Positions 39,670-49,148 of a stretch of 64,000 nt of DNA are shown piece after piece. The position numbers were made by a program, and so were the translations under genes. This DNA comes from Candidatus Poribacteria bacterium (lineage in GTDB: Bacteria; Poribacteria; WGA-4E; GCA-2687025). Every line of letters starts with the position of its first letter. Position 1 is the stretch's first letter. The notes beneath the pieces were generated by a model. The model saw only the letters and a program-made list of their open reading frames with translations, made no database searches and had not been told where the DNA came from. The stretch covers positions 3,263 through 67,262 of the forward strand of contig JABGQA010000077.1 of the NCBI GenBank assembly GCA_018644665.1. Direction: 5' to 3'.

Positions 39670-40462
39670 CCTCGCTACCCTATCATCCGCTCTCGGCGGC
39701 CACGCGTCCCTGCGCCCGGATCCGCCGTTGCGACCCGAACCCAGCGCCGACCATGACCTGTTTCGCAACACTTCTTCGCGCGCGTTCCGCGTGTGTGTGT
39801 TGCGATCCGCATCACGACAGGTCGGCCGGCGGTGTGACCGCCCTACGTGGGGGACGCGTCGCCTACCGCACGCGCGGGCGGTGACGCGACTGTATGCGCC
39901 ATTCCCGTAGGCGTGTCTGCGCACGTACCGTGCCAGCGGGGCCGCACGCGCCATCCGGCCCCGGCGCCGGACGACCACACGAGGCCTGTCGAGGGAGCCA
40001 CGCAAGACCATGTGGTGGCGCTCAGCGGCCGCTACATGCCCACCTGGCTCCGCTCCGGCCGCGCGGCTCGGCGGGTTCAGGCTGGGTCCGCGATCTCTTT
40101 ACCGGCGTGCCAGCCGAGGCCCGGACGACACGTCTGCGGAAGAGCGCATGCCCGGCCTTGTGGGTCGCTGCTGTTCGGGCGCGCCGGCGCGGCCAGGGCA
40201 GCGTGCCCGCAGTGGTTCGCCGCAGGTCCTGTGCGGGGCCGCTGACCGGAGCCCTACGCCATGCTCGCTGGTTGTCGGGCGCACTGGGAGAGGGAGGGGA
40301 ATCGGCGGCGCCGTGGCGCGCAAAGCCGCGCGTGGTCCACACCTCAACGGCGCACACGCGGGGTCTTTCTTCGATCCGGCCGCGTCGGGCGCCGCGAGAT
40401 GCGCTGTCCGGCCCTCACGCCCGGGACTACTATTTCGGAGAACCCCAACAGGCGCATTCCTC

Positions 40463-41398
40463 ATGCCGATGAAGTCCAACGAGAAGCCCGACAGCCGCCT
40501 GATGATGCGCATCGTGAGCGGCATCGGCGTCGTGTTCGGGATCGTCGTGGTGATCTTCTTCGTGCGGTCCGCGCCGGATCGCTCGCCGGACTTCTGCGTG
40601 GTCGCCGGTGGCGCGGCTCCATCGTCGCAACACTGTTTCGCCTGTCACGAAAACCCGCACCTCAACGGCACGGGATACCAGATACGACGCGTGGACGCCC
40701 TCACCGGGGTCATCGAGACCTTCGAGCGCAACGCTTCGCTGAGATCCAACGGCATCGTCACCGACGCCGAGGGGACGCGATACGGCGCGAACCCGTTGGA
40801 GCATGTCGCGTGGAAGCAGCGTTCTACGGACGAGGGCCCGTCCATACTCGCGGGTGTGATCGCTCGGGGCCGCGCGGTCAGCGGGTTCAGCGGCGACGGC
40901 AAAGCAGCCACCACAGCGCGGCTGAATCGCCCGTCGGCGGTAGCCGTGGACGACGAACTGCGCGTCTACATCGCGGACACGATGAACCACCGTATCCGCC
41001 GCGTGGACACCGACGGCACCATCGAGACGCTTGCCGGGGTCGGCCGACCCGGAGCCGACGGCGACGGCGGCCCGGCGTTGGACGCCGAGTTGGGCCATGC
41101 GCTGTCGCTCGCGTTCGACGCGTCCGGGAAGCTGCTTGTCGCGCACGGGAACGGTCGACAGGGGCGCGTGCGGAGCATCGACCTCGCAACGGGCGCGATC
41201 GACACTCTGGCCGGTAGCGCGGCGCGACCGGCGCACAAGGGCGACGGCGGCCCCGCGCGTGAGGCCGTCCTGAAGCGGCCCGTCGAGATCACGGTCGACG
41301 ACGCCACCGGCGACCTCTACATCGCCGAGAGCCGCCCCGTGCTGCGACACTGGAACATCCGGAACTGCGCCCGCTGCCACGGCCTCCCGCCCGACTGA
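40463..41398 (+). CDS. membrane-anchored NHL-repeat protein with two CxxCH heme-c motifs
   Basis: N-terminal TM, CFACH, teneurin-type NHL repeats (GFSGDG...LNRPSAVAVD...YIADTMNHRIRRVD), C-terminal CARCH. Confidence 0.8.
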   Translation: MPMKSNEKPDSRLMMRIVSGIGVVFGIVVVIFFVRSAPDRSPDFCVVAGGAAPSSQHCFACHENPHLNGTGYQIRRVDALTGVIETFERNASLRSNGIVTDAEGTRYGANPLEHVAWKQRSTDEGPSILAGVIARGRAVSGFSGDGKAATTARLNRPSAVAVDDELRVYIADTMNHRIRRVDTDGTIETLAGVGRPGADGDGGPALDAELGHALSLAFDASGKLLVAHGNGRQGRVRSIDLATGAIDTLAGSAARPAHKGDGGPAREAVLKRPVEITVDDATGDLYIAESRPVLRHWNIRNCARCHGLPPD

Positions 41399-41503
41399 CG
41401 ACCCCTACAGCCCCTTGACGGATCATGCGCCGCGCGGCATCGTCCTGCGTGGGACCGCGCCCGGGCTGCGGGGCTCGCGGTACGCCGGATAAGGGAGGGC
41501 CTG

Positions 41504-42319
41504 ATGCACAATCGAATCTCTGTCGTATGCGTTGTCGCTATGACGCTGGGCCTCGCGAATCTCGGCGTCGCAGTCTTGGCCGACGGTCTCGTGGCGTACT
41601 GGGCCCTCGACGCGGGGGCCGGAAACGTCGCCCGTGATGGAACCGGCGGCGGCGCCGACGGCTCACTCGTGAACGGGCTCGCGTGGGCGCCGGCCGCGGA
41701 AGCTAGGGTCGGCGCGAGCGCCCTCAGCTTCGATGGCGAAGACGACCTGCTCTCCATCGGCACGCTGGATGTCGAGGGCGATGGCGCGACGTTCGCGTGT
41801 TGGTTCTTCGCGACCAACCTCGACACGCCCGGCAACGACCCGCGCATGATCTCCAAGGCGATTGGTGGGGACAGCGACCAACACTGGTGGATGATCAGTT
41901 CGGGTCGGCAAGGCGCCGTGAAGGTCCTTCGCTTCCGGCTGAAGACCGACGGCGTCACCGGGGAGCTGAAGGCGAACGTGGCAACGGGCGGCATCGAGCC
42001 GGGTGTGTGGACCCACGCCACGGCAACCTGGGACGGCTCCAAGATGCGGCTGTACAAGGACGGCGTAGAAGTAGGCATCCTCCCCAAGGCGGGGGAACTC
42101 GACACGGACAGCACAGTGGCCGCGGCCATCGGCAATCAGCCCGACGGGGCCGAGAACAGGCCGTTCGAAGGCGTCATCGACGAGGTCGGCATCTGGAGCC
42201 GCGCGCTCACGCCCGACGAGATCGCCGAAGCGATGGGCGGAGAGTTCCTCGCCGTCGACGCTGCGGGGAAATCGGCGACGACATGGGCGAACATACGGCG
42301 TCGCTCGATCGGCCGCTAG
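41504..42319 (+). CDS. secreted LamG/concanavalin-A-like protein with C-terminal tail
   Basis: Signal peptide, GLVAYWALD, ALSFDG, WTHATATWDG...LYKDG, FEGVIDEVGIWSRAL; ends AVDAAGKSATTWANIR. Confidence 0.9.
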   Translation: MHNRISVVCVVAMTLGLANLGVAVLADGLVAYWALDAGAGNVARDGTGGGADGSLVNGLAWAPAAEARVGASALSFDGEDDLLSIGTLDVEGDGATFACWFFATNLDTPGNDPRMISKAIGGDSDQHWWMISSGRQGAVKVLRFRLKTDGVTGELKANVATGGIEPGVWTHATATWDGSKMRLYKDGVEVGILPKAGELDTDSTVAAAIGNQPDGAENRPFEGVIDEVGIWSRALTPDEIAEAMGGEFLAVDAAGKSATTWANIRRRSIGR

Positions 42320-42402
42320 CCCTTGGGCGGCGTCGCGGGACGACGTATGTCGAGACGGCGGGCCGTCGCCAAGGCCACCACGGACGCGTGACGGAGACAG
42401 AC

Positions 42403-43425
42403 ATGCTTCGGATCGCCGTCATCGGCGCCGGCTGGGCCGGGTGCAGGCAGGTGGAGGCCGTCCGGGAACTGGCATCCGACGTCTCGGTCGTCGCCCTCGT
42501 GGATACCGATCTGGACCACGTGGAGGCGAAGGCCGGCGAATACGACATCGGCAGGGCCGTTCTGGACTATCGGGATGTCCTCGACGCCGCCGACGTCGAC
42601 GCAGTCTCCATCTGCACTCCCCACGCCACACACCATCCGATCGCCATCGACGCGGCAGAGGCGGGCAAGCACGTCCTCGTCGAGAAACCGATGGCGCTCA
42701 ACGTCGACCAGGCGACGGAGATGATCGACGCCGCGGAGGCGAACGACGTCAAGCTCTACGTCGCGGCGTCTGTCACCTATTCCGCCGAGTCGAAGTTCCT
42801 TCGCGAGGCGGTACGCTCGGGCGATCTGATAGGCGACGTGACCGGCGCATCCCTGTCGCGTGGCTTCCGCGCTCCCGAATTCGGATACCCAGGACGCCGC
42901 GCGTGGCTCACGCGACCCGAAGACGGCGGGACCGGCACGTGGATGCTCCACGGCATCCACAACATCGCACAGCTACGCTACATCTTCGGAGAGGTCCGAA
43001 CGGTGTACATGCGCGAACACGCGACCGCCTCGTTTCGGCGACCGGACATCGAGGCGACCATGGCTGGTCTCCTCACGATGCGCACCGGCGTCAACATCTC
43101 CGTGCATCAGACATGCGAGACGCGACTGCCTCGCGCGATGGACGGCTACTGTATCTACGGGGAGCATGGTGTGCTCCGCGCGTCGTCCGCAGGCTGCGAG
43201 TTCATACCCGAGGACGGAGCGCCGCAACCGGTTGAGTACGAGCCGGAGCCGCTTTCGGAGTTCGCCCAGGAGATCCAGGCCTTCGGTGACTACGTAGCCG
43301 GTGCCTCGGTCGGCCCTACGACCGGGTACAGCGAACGGCGCACTCTTGCGATCGTGCAGGCCGGCTACGAATCGGCCCGGACAGGCGCGCCCGTGGAGCT
43401 GGACGAGCGGTTCGGCCCCATCTAG
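42403..43425 (+). CDS. Gfo/Idh/MocA family oxidoreductase
   Basis: IAVIGAG, ICTPHATH, GKHVLVEKP, GGTGTWMLHGIH. Confidence 0.9.
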   Translation: MLRIAVIGAGWAGCRQVEAVRELASDVSVVALVDTDLDHVEAKAGEYDIGRAVLDYRDVLDAADVDAVSICTPHATHHPIAIDAAEAGKHVLVEKPMALNVDQATEMIDAAEANDVKLYVAASVTYSAESKFLREAVRSGDLIGDVTGASLSRGFRAPEFGYPGRRAWLTRPEDGGTGTWMLHGIHNIAQLRYIFGEVRTVYMREHATASFRRPDIEATMAGLLTMRTGVNISVHQTCETRLPRAMDGYCIYGEHGVLRASSAGCEFIPEDGAPQPVEYEPEPLSEFAQEIQAFGDYVAGASVGPTTGYSERRTLAIVQAGYESARTGAPVELDERFGPI

Positions 43426-43443
43426 CGCCCTGACCACCGCGGG

Positions 43444-44379
43444 TCAGGTGACGCGGCACGTCTTGTCGTCGACCACGTGTTCCAGGCCACGCAGCAGCTT
43501 CGCCACCGCGTCGTTGTACGGAGCCGCGAGGCCCAGTCGGCGGCTCTCCGTGGCGACGTACCCGTTGAGCGAGTCCACTTCCGTACGGCGGCCGCGCGCG
43601 AGATGCTGCACCATCGATACCCGGTGCGACTTCTCGCGGCAGTAGCGCAGGATCGTGTCGACGGGGTCCGGGTCATCGAGGACGATGCCGCGCGCTCCTG
43701 CAAGCTGTATGGCTTCCGCGGCAACAGCCGCCTGCAACTCCTCAACGTCTGCGGCTTCCTGCAATCTCGCCGGCCGCACTCCCGTCAGCGCACACACCGC
43801 GTTTATCGCGCAGTTATGCACGAACTTCGACCAGATGGTACGCATGATGTCTGGCTCGATCTGGGGCCCAAGATCGGCGCGACGCAGAGCCTCGGCGAGC
43901 GCATCCACTCGCTCGGACCCGCCGCCGTTCAGCTCCCCGAGATACGTTGGCCCGCGGTTGGTGTGCGTCACGCGTCCGGGGCCGATGCAGTCGGCGCTGT
44001 GAAACGTCAACCCGCCCACGACGCGCTCGCGACCCAGCGCGCCCTCCAGCAGCTCGATGTTTCCCAAGCCGTTCTGCAGCGTCACGGCGTAGCCGTCGTC
44101 CCGTAGAAGGCTAGCGGCGCTCCTGGAGGCGTCTGCCGTGCTGTACCCGTTGACGGCGATGATGGCGACATCGGCCGGGGGGGCGCTGTCGACGTCGGTG
44201 GTCGCGTGCGGCCTGGCGACGAATTCGCCGTTGAGCCCCTCCATGCGCAGCCCGTGCTCCTGGATGGTGCGGACGTGATCTTCCCACGCGTCCCCCAGCC
44301 AGACTTCGTACCCGACGCGCGCCAGATTCGCTCCGTAAAGGCTGCCCATGTTCCCGGCGCCGACGATGGCAAAGCGCAT
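43444..44379 (-). CDS. panE: 2-dehydropantoate 2-reductase family
   Basis: GAGNMGSLYG, TLQNGLG, WSKFVHNCAIN, SMVQH, RTEVDSLNG; the usual AVK appears as AVN, so the substrate may differ. Confidence 0.8.
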   Translation of the reverse strand: MRFAIVGAGNMGSLYGANLARVGYEVWLGDAWEDHVRTIQEHGLRMEGLNGEFVARPHATTDVDSAPPADVAIIAVNGYSTADASRSAASLLRDDGYAVTLQNGLGNIELLEGALGRERVVGGLTFHSADCIGPGRVTHTNRGPTYLGELNGGGSERVDALAEALRRADLGPQIEPDIMRTIWSKFVHNCAINAVCALTGVRPARLQEAADVEELQAAVAAEAIQLAGARGIVLDDPDPVDTILRYCREKSHRVSMVQHLARGRRTEVDSLNGYVATESRRLGLAAPYNDAVAKLLRGLEHVVDDKTCRVT

Positions 44380-44580
44380 GCTGTCCTCCCAAGTCCACTG
44401 CGTCTCCGGCCAAACTGCAACGTCATGGCCGTTCGGACAAGACCGCGCGCACTGTCCTCGGCCGGGCAGCAGACCTGTCCGGCAGCGGCGAGCGCCGGGA
44501 CGCTTCCTTCCGCAGTTCGGCGGCGATCCGCTATACTCCCCTCGGTTCAGCGAACTCGCCACGGCGCAGGAGGCCCGCGC

Positions 44581-46371
44581 GTGACCGTCCCGACCCTCTT
44601 TGAGTCCACCGAAGCCGTCGTCCCGCCGCGATGGGCGCGCGCGCAGCGCCAGCTCATCGACCTGATGAACGACGTCGCGCCGAAGTTCGTGCGGCGTTAC
44701 ACGCGCGACGATGGCACGCTCGTATGGCGCGACGAATGGCCCGGCATGGATGGCTCCGACGACGCCTACGAGAGCTTCTGGTCGTTCCCGCTCTTCTACG
44801 CGCTCGGGGGAAGCGAAGAGGCGCACGATCTCTCGCGTCGCGAGTGGAACGCCATCACATGGCAATTCACGCAGTACGGCCAGGTGCACAACGAATACGA
44901 CGCCTACTACGATTGGATGCACCACGGCGAAAGCTCGACGTACATCTACTACTACGGCCTGGCGAACCCCTACGTGCATCAGGACCGAGAGCGCGCGCTC
45001 CGCTTCGCGGGCATGTATATCGGCGAGGACGAAGAGGCGCAGAACTGGGATCCCGTCCACAAGATGATCCGCTCGCCCATCAACGGCAGTAGGGGCCCCC
45101 AGTTCGAGATGTCCGCCGAGGACTGGGTGACGCATCGGGAGGTGCTCGCTGGCTACTTGTCGCCCTACGAGGACGTGCCGGGCCTCGACCCGAACGACCC
45201 GAAAGCCATCGCCGATTGGAACGACGACGAGGCGTTCGGCGAAGTCCTGAAGCGCATGAACGCGCGCATGGTTCCCGGCGACGTTCCCCTGAACCTAAAC
45301 GCCACCAGCCTCGTGACAAGCGCGTACATGTACACCGGCGACGAGAAGTACCGACGCTGGGTGCTCGACTACGTGGAAGCCTGGGCTGAGCGCGCGAAGC
45401 GGAACGGCGGCATCATCCCGGACAACGTCGGCCCGAACGACGAAATCGGCGAACGGATGGACGGCAAGTGGTGGGGCGGGTACTACGGCTGGCGATGGCC
45501 GCATGGGTCGATGAACATCCTCGAGTCGACCCTCATCGGTGGCTCCAACGCGCTGTTGCTCACGGGCGACGACTCGTACCTCGACCTGCACAGGTCTCAG
45601 TGGGACGCCCTCTGGGCGCTGGGTGAGGAACGAGACGGGGCGTTCCAGACGCCCAACCGTCACGGCGATGTCGGGTGGTTTGACTACCGAGCGCCGAACG
45701 TCCGTTACCCGCTGCACCTGTATTGCCTGACTCGCAAGCCGGCGGATCGTGCGCGGATGGAGCGTTGCGGGCCGCTGTCGACGCGCGGCGGGTTCAGCAA
45801 GGGTGGCCAGTACACGCCGTTCGCCTGGTTCGACCTCGTCGACGGCGGGAACGCGGGCGCGGCGGACGAGATGCTCGACGCGACATATCAGGAGATGTGC
45901 CGCCGCCTCGCTCTGATACGCGATGACGACGGCGACCCCGCCGAGTGGGACGTGCACCACTGGCAGAACCTGAACCCCGTCGTCTGCGAACCGCTGGCGC
46001 AGTTGACGACCGGCTCTCCAGGAGCCATCTACCACGGTGGACTGCTACACGCCGCCGTGCGGTACTTCGACCCGGAGGCGCAACGCCCTGGCCTCCCCGA
46101 GGGGGTGTCCGCACTGGTTGGCCGCGTGTCGGACGACGCGATCACGGTGCACCTCGCGAACACGAACCTGCTCGAAGCGCGAGAAGTGCTGTTGCAGGCG
46201 GGGGCGTTCGGCGAGCACGCCTTCGTGGACGCCACGGTCGGGGACTCCGTCGTGGAAGTCGGCGGGCGGCATTTCTCCGTCCGCATGGACGCGGCGACGG
46301 AACTCCGTATCGACCTGACGATGGAGCGCCACGCGAACGCGCCGACGTACGACTTCCCGTGGCCCGTGTAG
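44581..46371 (+). CDS. conserved hypothetical protein, probable (alpha/alpha)-toroid enzyme
   Basis: Long Trp/Tyr/Asp-rich ORF (DGSDDAYE, YDWMHHGE, GDVPLNL, IPDNVG, WWGGYYGW, RPGLP); GTG start with AGGAGG RBS and an upstream TATACT. Confidence 0.75.
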   Translation: MTVPTLFESTEAVVPPRWARAQRQLIDLMNDVAPKFVRRYTRDDGTLVWRDEWPGMDGSDDAYESFWSFPLFYALGGSEEAHDLSRREWNAITWQFTQYGQVHNEYDAYYDWMHHGESSTYIYYYGLANPYVHQDRERALRFAGMYIGEDEEAQNWDPVHKMIRSPINGSRGPQFEMSAEDWVTHREVLAGYLSPYEDVPGLDPNDPKAIADWNDDEAFGEVLKRMNARMVPGDVPLNLNATSLVTSAYMYTGDEKYRRWVLDYVEAWAERAKRNGGIIPDNVGPNDEIGERMDGKWWGGYYGWRWPHGSMNILESTLIGGSNALLLTGDDSYLDLHRSQWDALWALGEERDGAFQTPNRHGDVGWFDYRAPNVRYPLHLYCLTRKPADRARMERCGPLSTRGGFSKGGQYTPFAWFDLVDGGNAGAADEMLDATYQEMCRRLALIRDDDGDPAEWDVHHWQNLNPVVCEPLAQLTTGSPGAIYHGGLLHAAVRYFDPEAQRPGLPEGVSALVGRVSDDAITVHLANTNLLEAREVLLQAGAFGEHAFVDATVGDSVVEVGGRHFSVRMDAATELRIDLTMERHANAPTYDFPWPV

Positions 46372-46386
46372 CCCGGAGCCGACACG

Positions 46387-47301
46387 ATGGTTCCCCCGAA
46401 TGACCTGCTGAAACGCATGGAGGCGTTGAACCGCCGACCGCTCAAGGACCGCGCGCCGGAGCGCAAGGACGCCGACCCGCCGCCGGAAGACCGTGAGCGG
46501 CCACGTAGGAGCGCCCGCCCGCCGCAGGCGCCCGTCATGCCGACGGCTACGCTGGGCGACATGCCGACGGGCGTCGAAGTGCAATCCGACGCCGGCCCCG
46601 CGTTGCTCGTCACGACGGACGTCGACACTTACGACGCCGACTGCGCCGGCCTCTCCGCGAAGTTCCGCGAACAGGTCGACGACCGAGAGTCGCCTTTCCA
46701 CAGGAACGTCGCGCGCCGCGGGGAACTCAACATCCGGGGTGTCGAGGATGTGCTGTTCGTCGACCTCGAAACCACCGGGCTCTCGAACACGCCCGTGTTC
46801 CTGATAGGCGCGATGGTCTGGGACGGGTCTGCCCTGTCGGTCCGTCAGTACTTCGCGCGAAGCTTGGACGAGGAGCGGGCGATCCTGTCGCTATTCGCGG
46901 AGCTGCTCTCGCCGGCAACGTGGCTGGTGACGTTTAACGGCAAGAGCTTCGACTGGCCGTTCGTGCAGAACCGCGCCTACCGTCACGGCGTGGACGTCCC
47001 GTTTCACGGCACACACGTGGACCTGCTGCACGTCGGTCGACGCGTCTGGGGCGACAACCTGCCGAACTGTCGGCTGCAGACGCTGGAGCGGTTCATCTGC
47101 GACCGCACGCGCGTCGGTGACATCCCGAGCAGCGAGATCCCCGCCGCCTATCGTCGCTTCACGCGGACAGGCGACGCTTCCGAGATGGCGTCGGTCCTGG
47201 AACACAACGCGTTGGATCTCATCACTCTGGCCGACCTGATTACCCGGTTGCCCGCGGACGTCGCCCGCGCCGCCCCACGGCGTCGACGCGCGCGCCGTTA
47301 G
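46387..47301 (+). CDS. YprB-like RNase H-fold (DEDD) exonuclease
   Basis: FVDLETTGL, TFNGKSFD, HVDLL, LQTLE, HNALD. Confidence 0.85.
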   Translation: MVPPNDLLKRMEALNRRPLKDRAPERKDADPPPEDRERPRRSARPPQAPVMPTATLGDMPTGVEVQSDAGPALLVTTDVDTYDADCAGLSAKFREQVDDRESPFHRNVARRGELNIRGVEDVLFVDLETTGLSNTPVFLIGAMVWDGSALSVRQYFARSLDEERAILSLFAELLSPATWLVTFNGKSFDWPFVQNRAYRHGVDVPFHGTHVDLLHVGRRVWGDNLPNCRLQTLERFICDRTRVGDIPSSEIPAAYRRFTRTGDASEMASVLEHNALDLITLADLITRLPADVARAAPRRRRARR

Positions 47302-47489
47302 CTCACGCGCTCGCTGCGGTTTGTGGGACGCTCTAGGTTCGTGGCAACTTTCCGGCTGGCCGCGACGAGCTGGCCGCCGACCACGACGTAGCGGGCGCCC
47401 AGGCCGACGACCTGCACGTAACTGCCTAAGCCTACACGCCGCAGCACAAGATGGACGCCGCCGAGGTCCACGAAGCACGGAGGATGAGG

Positions 47490-48302
47490 ATGAGCTACGA
47501 CGACCACCCAATCGACGCTGCCATACCGATGACCGACGAACAGAAGTTCGTGTTCGACCTCAAGGGGTGGCTGCTGCTACCCGGGCTTCTAGGTGAGGAT
47601 GACGTGTGCGCCATCCGCGACCATATCCAGGCGCTGCGGCACGACCGCGACAGCCTCGACCCGAACGATCGGTATTCGCTCAGCGGCCCCGCGCAGATCC
47701 TGGTTGACCATCCGGCGATCGTCAGCGTGCTCCGCGGCGTCCTCGGTGGCGATCGCAACGACGACTGCTATGGCTTCCGCTGCGAGAACAGCTTCTCGAT
47801 GATCCGCAGCGAAGGAGAGGTCGGGCTCGAGCCACACGGAGGCGGGCTAGGCGTCGGGGTGCATGCGTACTCGTGCCAGAACGGAAGCATCTACAGCGGC
47901 TTGACTCGCGTGGCGTGGGAACTGAACCCGGTGCGGCACGGCGAGGGCGGCACGCTCGTCATGTCGGGCAGCCACAAGATGAACTTCCCGATACCCGAGA
48001 CCCATCGAGGGTTCGACTCGCCCCTGTTCGAGACGTACGAGTGCCCGCCGGGCTCCGCGATCATCTTCTCCGAGAGCGTGAACCACGCCGGTCCCCTTTG
48101 GAAGACGAAGGAGCATCCGCGCATGGCGATATTCAACTGCTACAGCAACGCGGACGCCCAGTATCACAAGCTGTGCCTGCCCCAGGAAGTCATTGAGGCG
48201 ATGCCGCCGAAGCGACGCACGCTGTTCCGCGGCGTGTGGCATCACGACTTCTACCGCGGCGTCCCGAACGACTACTTCAGCGAGGAGAACGTCGCGCTGT
48301 AG
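47490..48302 (+). CDS. PhyH-family Fe/2OG oxygenase (HxG variant)
   Basis: FDLKGWL, LVDHP, EPHGGG, GSHK, GSAIIFSESVNHA, R.AIF. Confidence 0.82.
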   Translation: MSYDDHPIDAAIPMTDEQKFVFDLKGWLLLPGLLGEDDVCAIRDHIQALRHDRDSLDPNDRYSLSGPAQILVDHPAIVSVLRGVLGGDRNDDCYGFRCENSFSMIRSEGEVGLEPHGGGLGVGVHAYSCQNGSIYSGLTRVAWELNPVRHGEGGTLVMSGSHKMNFPIPETHRGFDSPLFETYECPPGSAIIFSESVNHAGPLWKTKEHPRMAIFNCYSNADAQYHKLCLPQEVIEAMPPKRRTLFRGVWHHDFYRGVPNDYFSEENVAL

Positions 48303-48317
48303 AGCTGGGAAGCGCGG

Positions 48318-49049
48318 TCAGTCCGGTGGGCCGGCGACATCGCTGAACCCGAGGCGATCCTCGCCGCTCACCACGATAGCGTTGTGACCGGGGAACAGCC
48401 GACGGCTGTCCACTCGCACGATCGGCGTCGTCACGCGGACGGCGAGACCCAGGCGCCTGTGAGCCGAGAGATTGGGCTCGGATCGATGGACAGTGCGCTC
48501 GTTGAAGAGGAAGAACTCGCCCGCGCGCAGTTGCATCGCGACGGCCGTCGTCGCGTCGACAAACTCCATGTCCGCCATCTCGGGGAACAGCATCCCTTCC
48601 GGCGACCGCACGTGGGGGACGACCGTCGCGTGCGACCCCGGGATCACATGGACGCAGGCGTTCTCGACTGTCGCGTCGTCGATGGCGACCCACGCCGAGA
48701 TGTTCAGCGGCGGCTCGAGGGGCCAGTAGTTCGTGTCCTGGTGCCACGGCACCTCCAGTGCTCCGGTCTCCTTGAGGAAGAAGTGAGAACGCCACAGCAG
48801 TAGGTCGGGGCCGTAGATGCTCGCCATGCGCGAGATGATCGCCGGATGGGCGCACAGGTCGTACACGAGCCTGCTGTCGAGATGGCGGGATTGGTGGATG
48901 CCCTGCCGGGGTGGCTCCGCCGCGAACACGTCCGCATCCAGCCGCTCGGCGATGCCGGCCATTTCCTCTGGCGAGCATAGCGTGAACGGCCCGAGGTAGC
49001 CGTCCCGTCTGAACTGCTCCACCTGGTCGGGCGTCAGGGCATCGGCCAT
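48318..49049 (-). CDS. PhyH-family Fe/2OG dioxygenase
   Basis: FRRDGY, VPWHQD, WVAIDDATVENA, IPGSH, AGEFFLF...VHRS.PN...RR; extended -10 TGCTATGAT upstream. Confidence 0.92.
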   Translation of the reverse strand: MADALTPDQVEQFRRDGYLGPFTLCSPEEMAGIAERLDADVFAAEPPRQGIHQSRHLDSRLVYDLCAHPAIISRMASIYGPDLLLWRSHFFLKETGALEVPWHQDTNYWPLEPPLNISAWVAIDDATVENACVHVIPGSHATVVPHVRSPEGMLFPEMADMEFVDATTAVAMQLRAGEFFLFNERTVHRSEPNLSAHRRLGLAVRVTTPIVRVDSRRLFPGHNAIVVSGEDRLGFSDVAGPPD

Positions 49050-49148
49050 GGATTCCTCTCTCCCGTGATCGCTCGGTGCGCCGCCGCGCGGCGATCATAG
49101 CAGGCGCGCGGCGGCGTCACACCACGGGACGAGGGCGGCCCAGGCCGT

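Noticed and set aside
47298-47449. Short minus-strand fragment GARYVVVGGQLV resembling an amidohydrolase C-terminus
   Set aside because: Too short to support, with no start or RBS.
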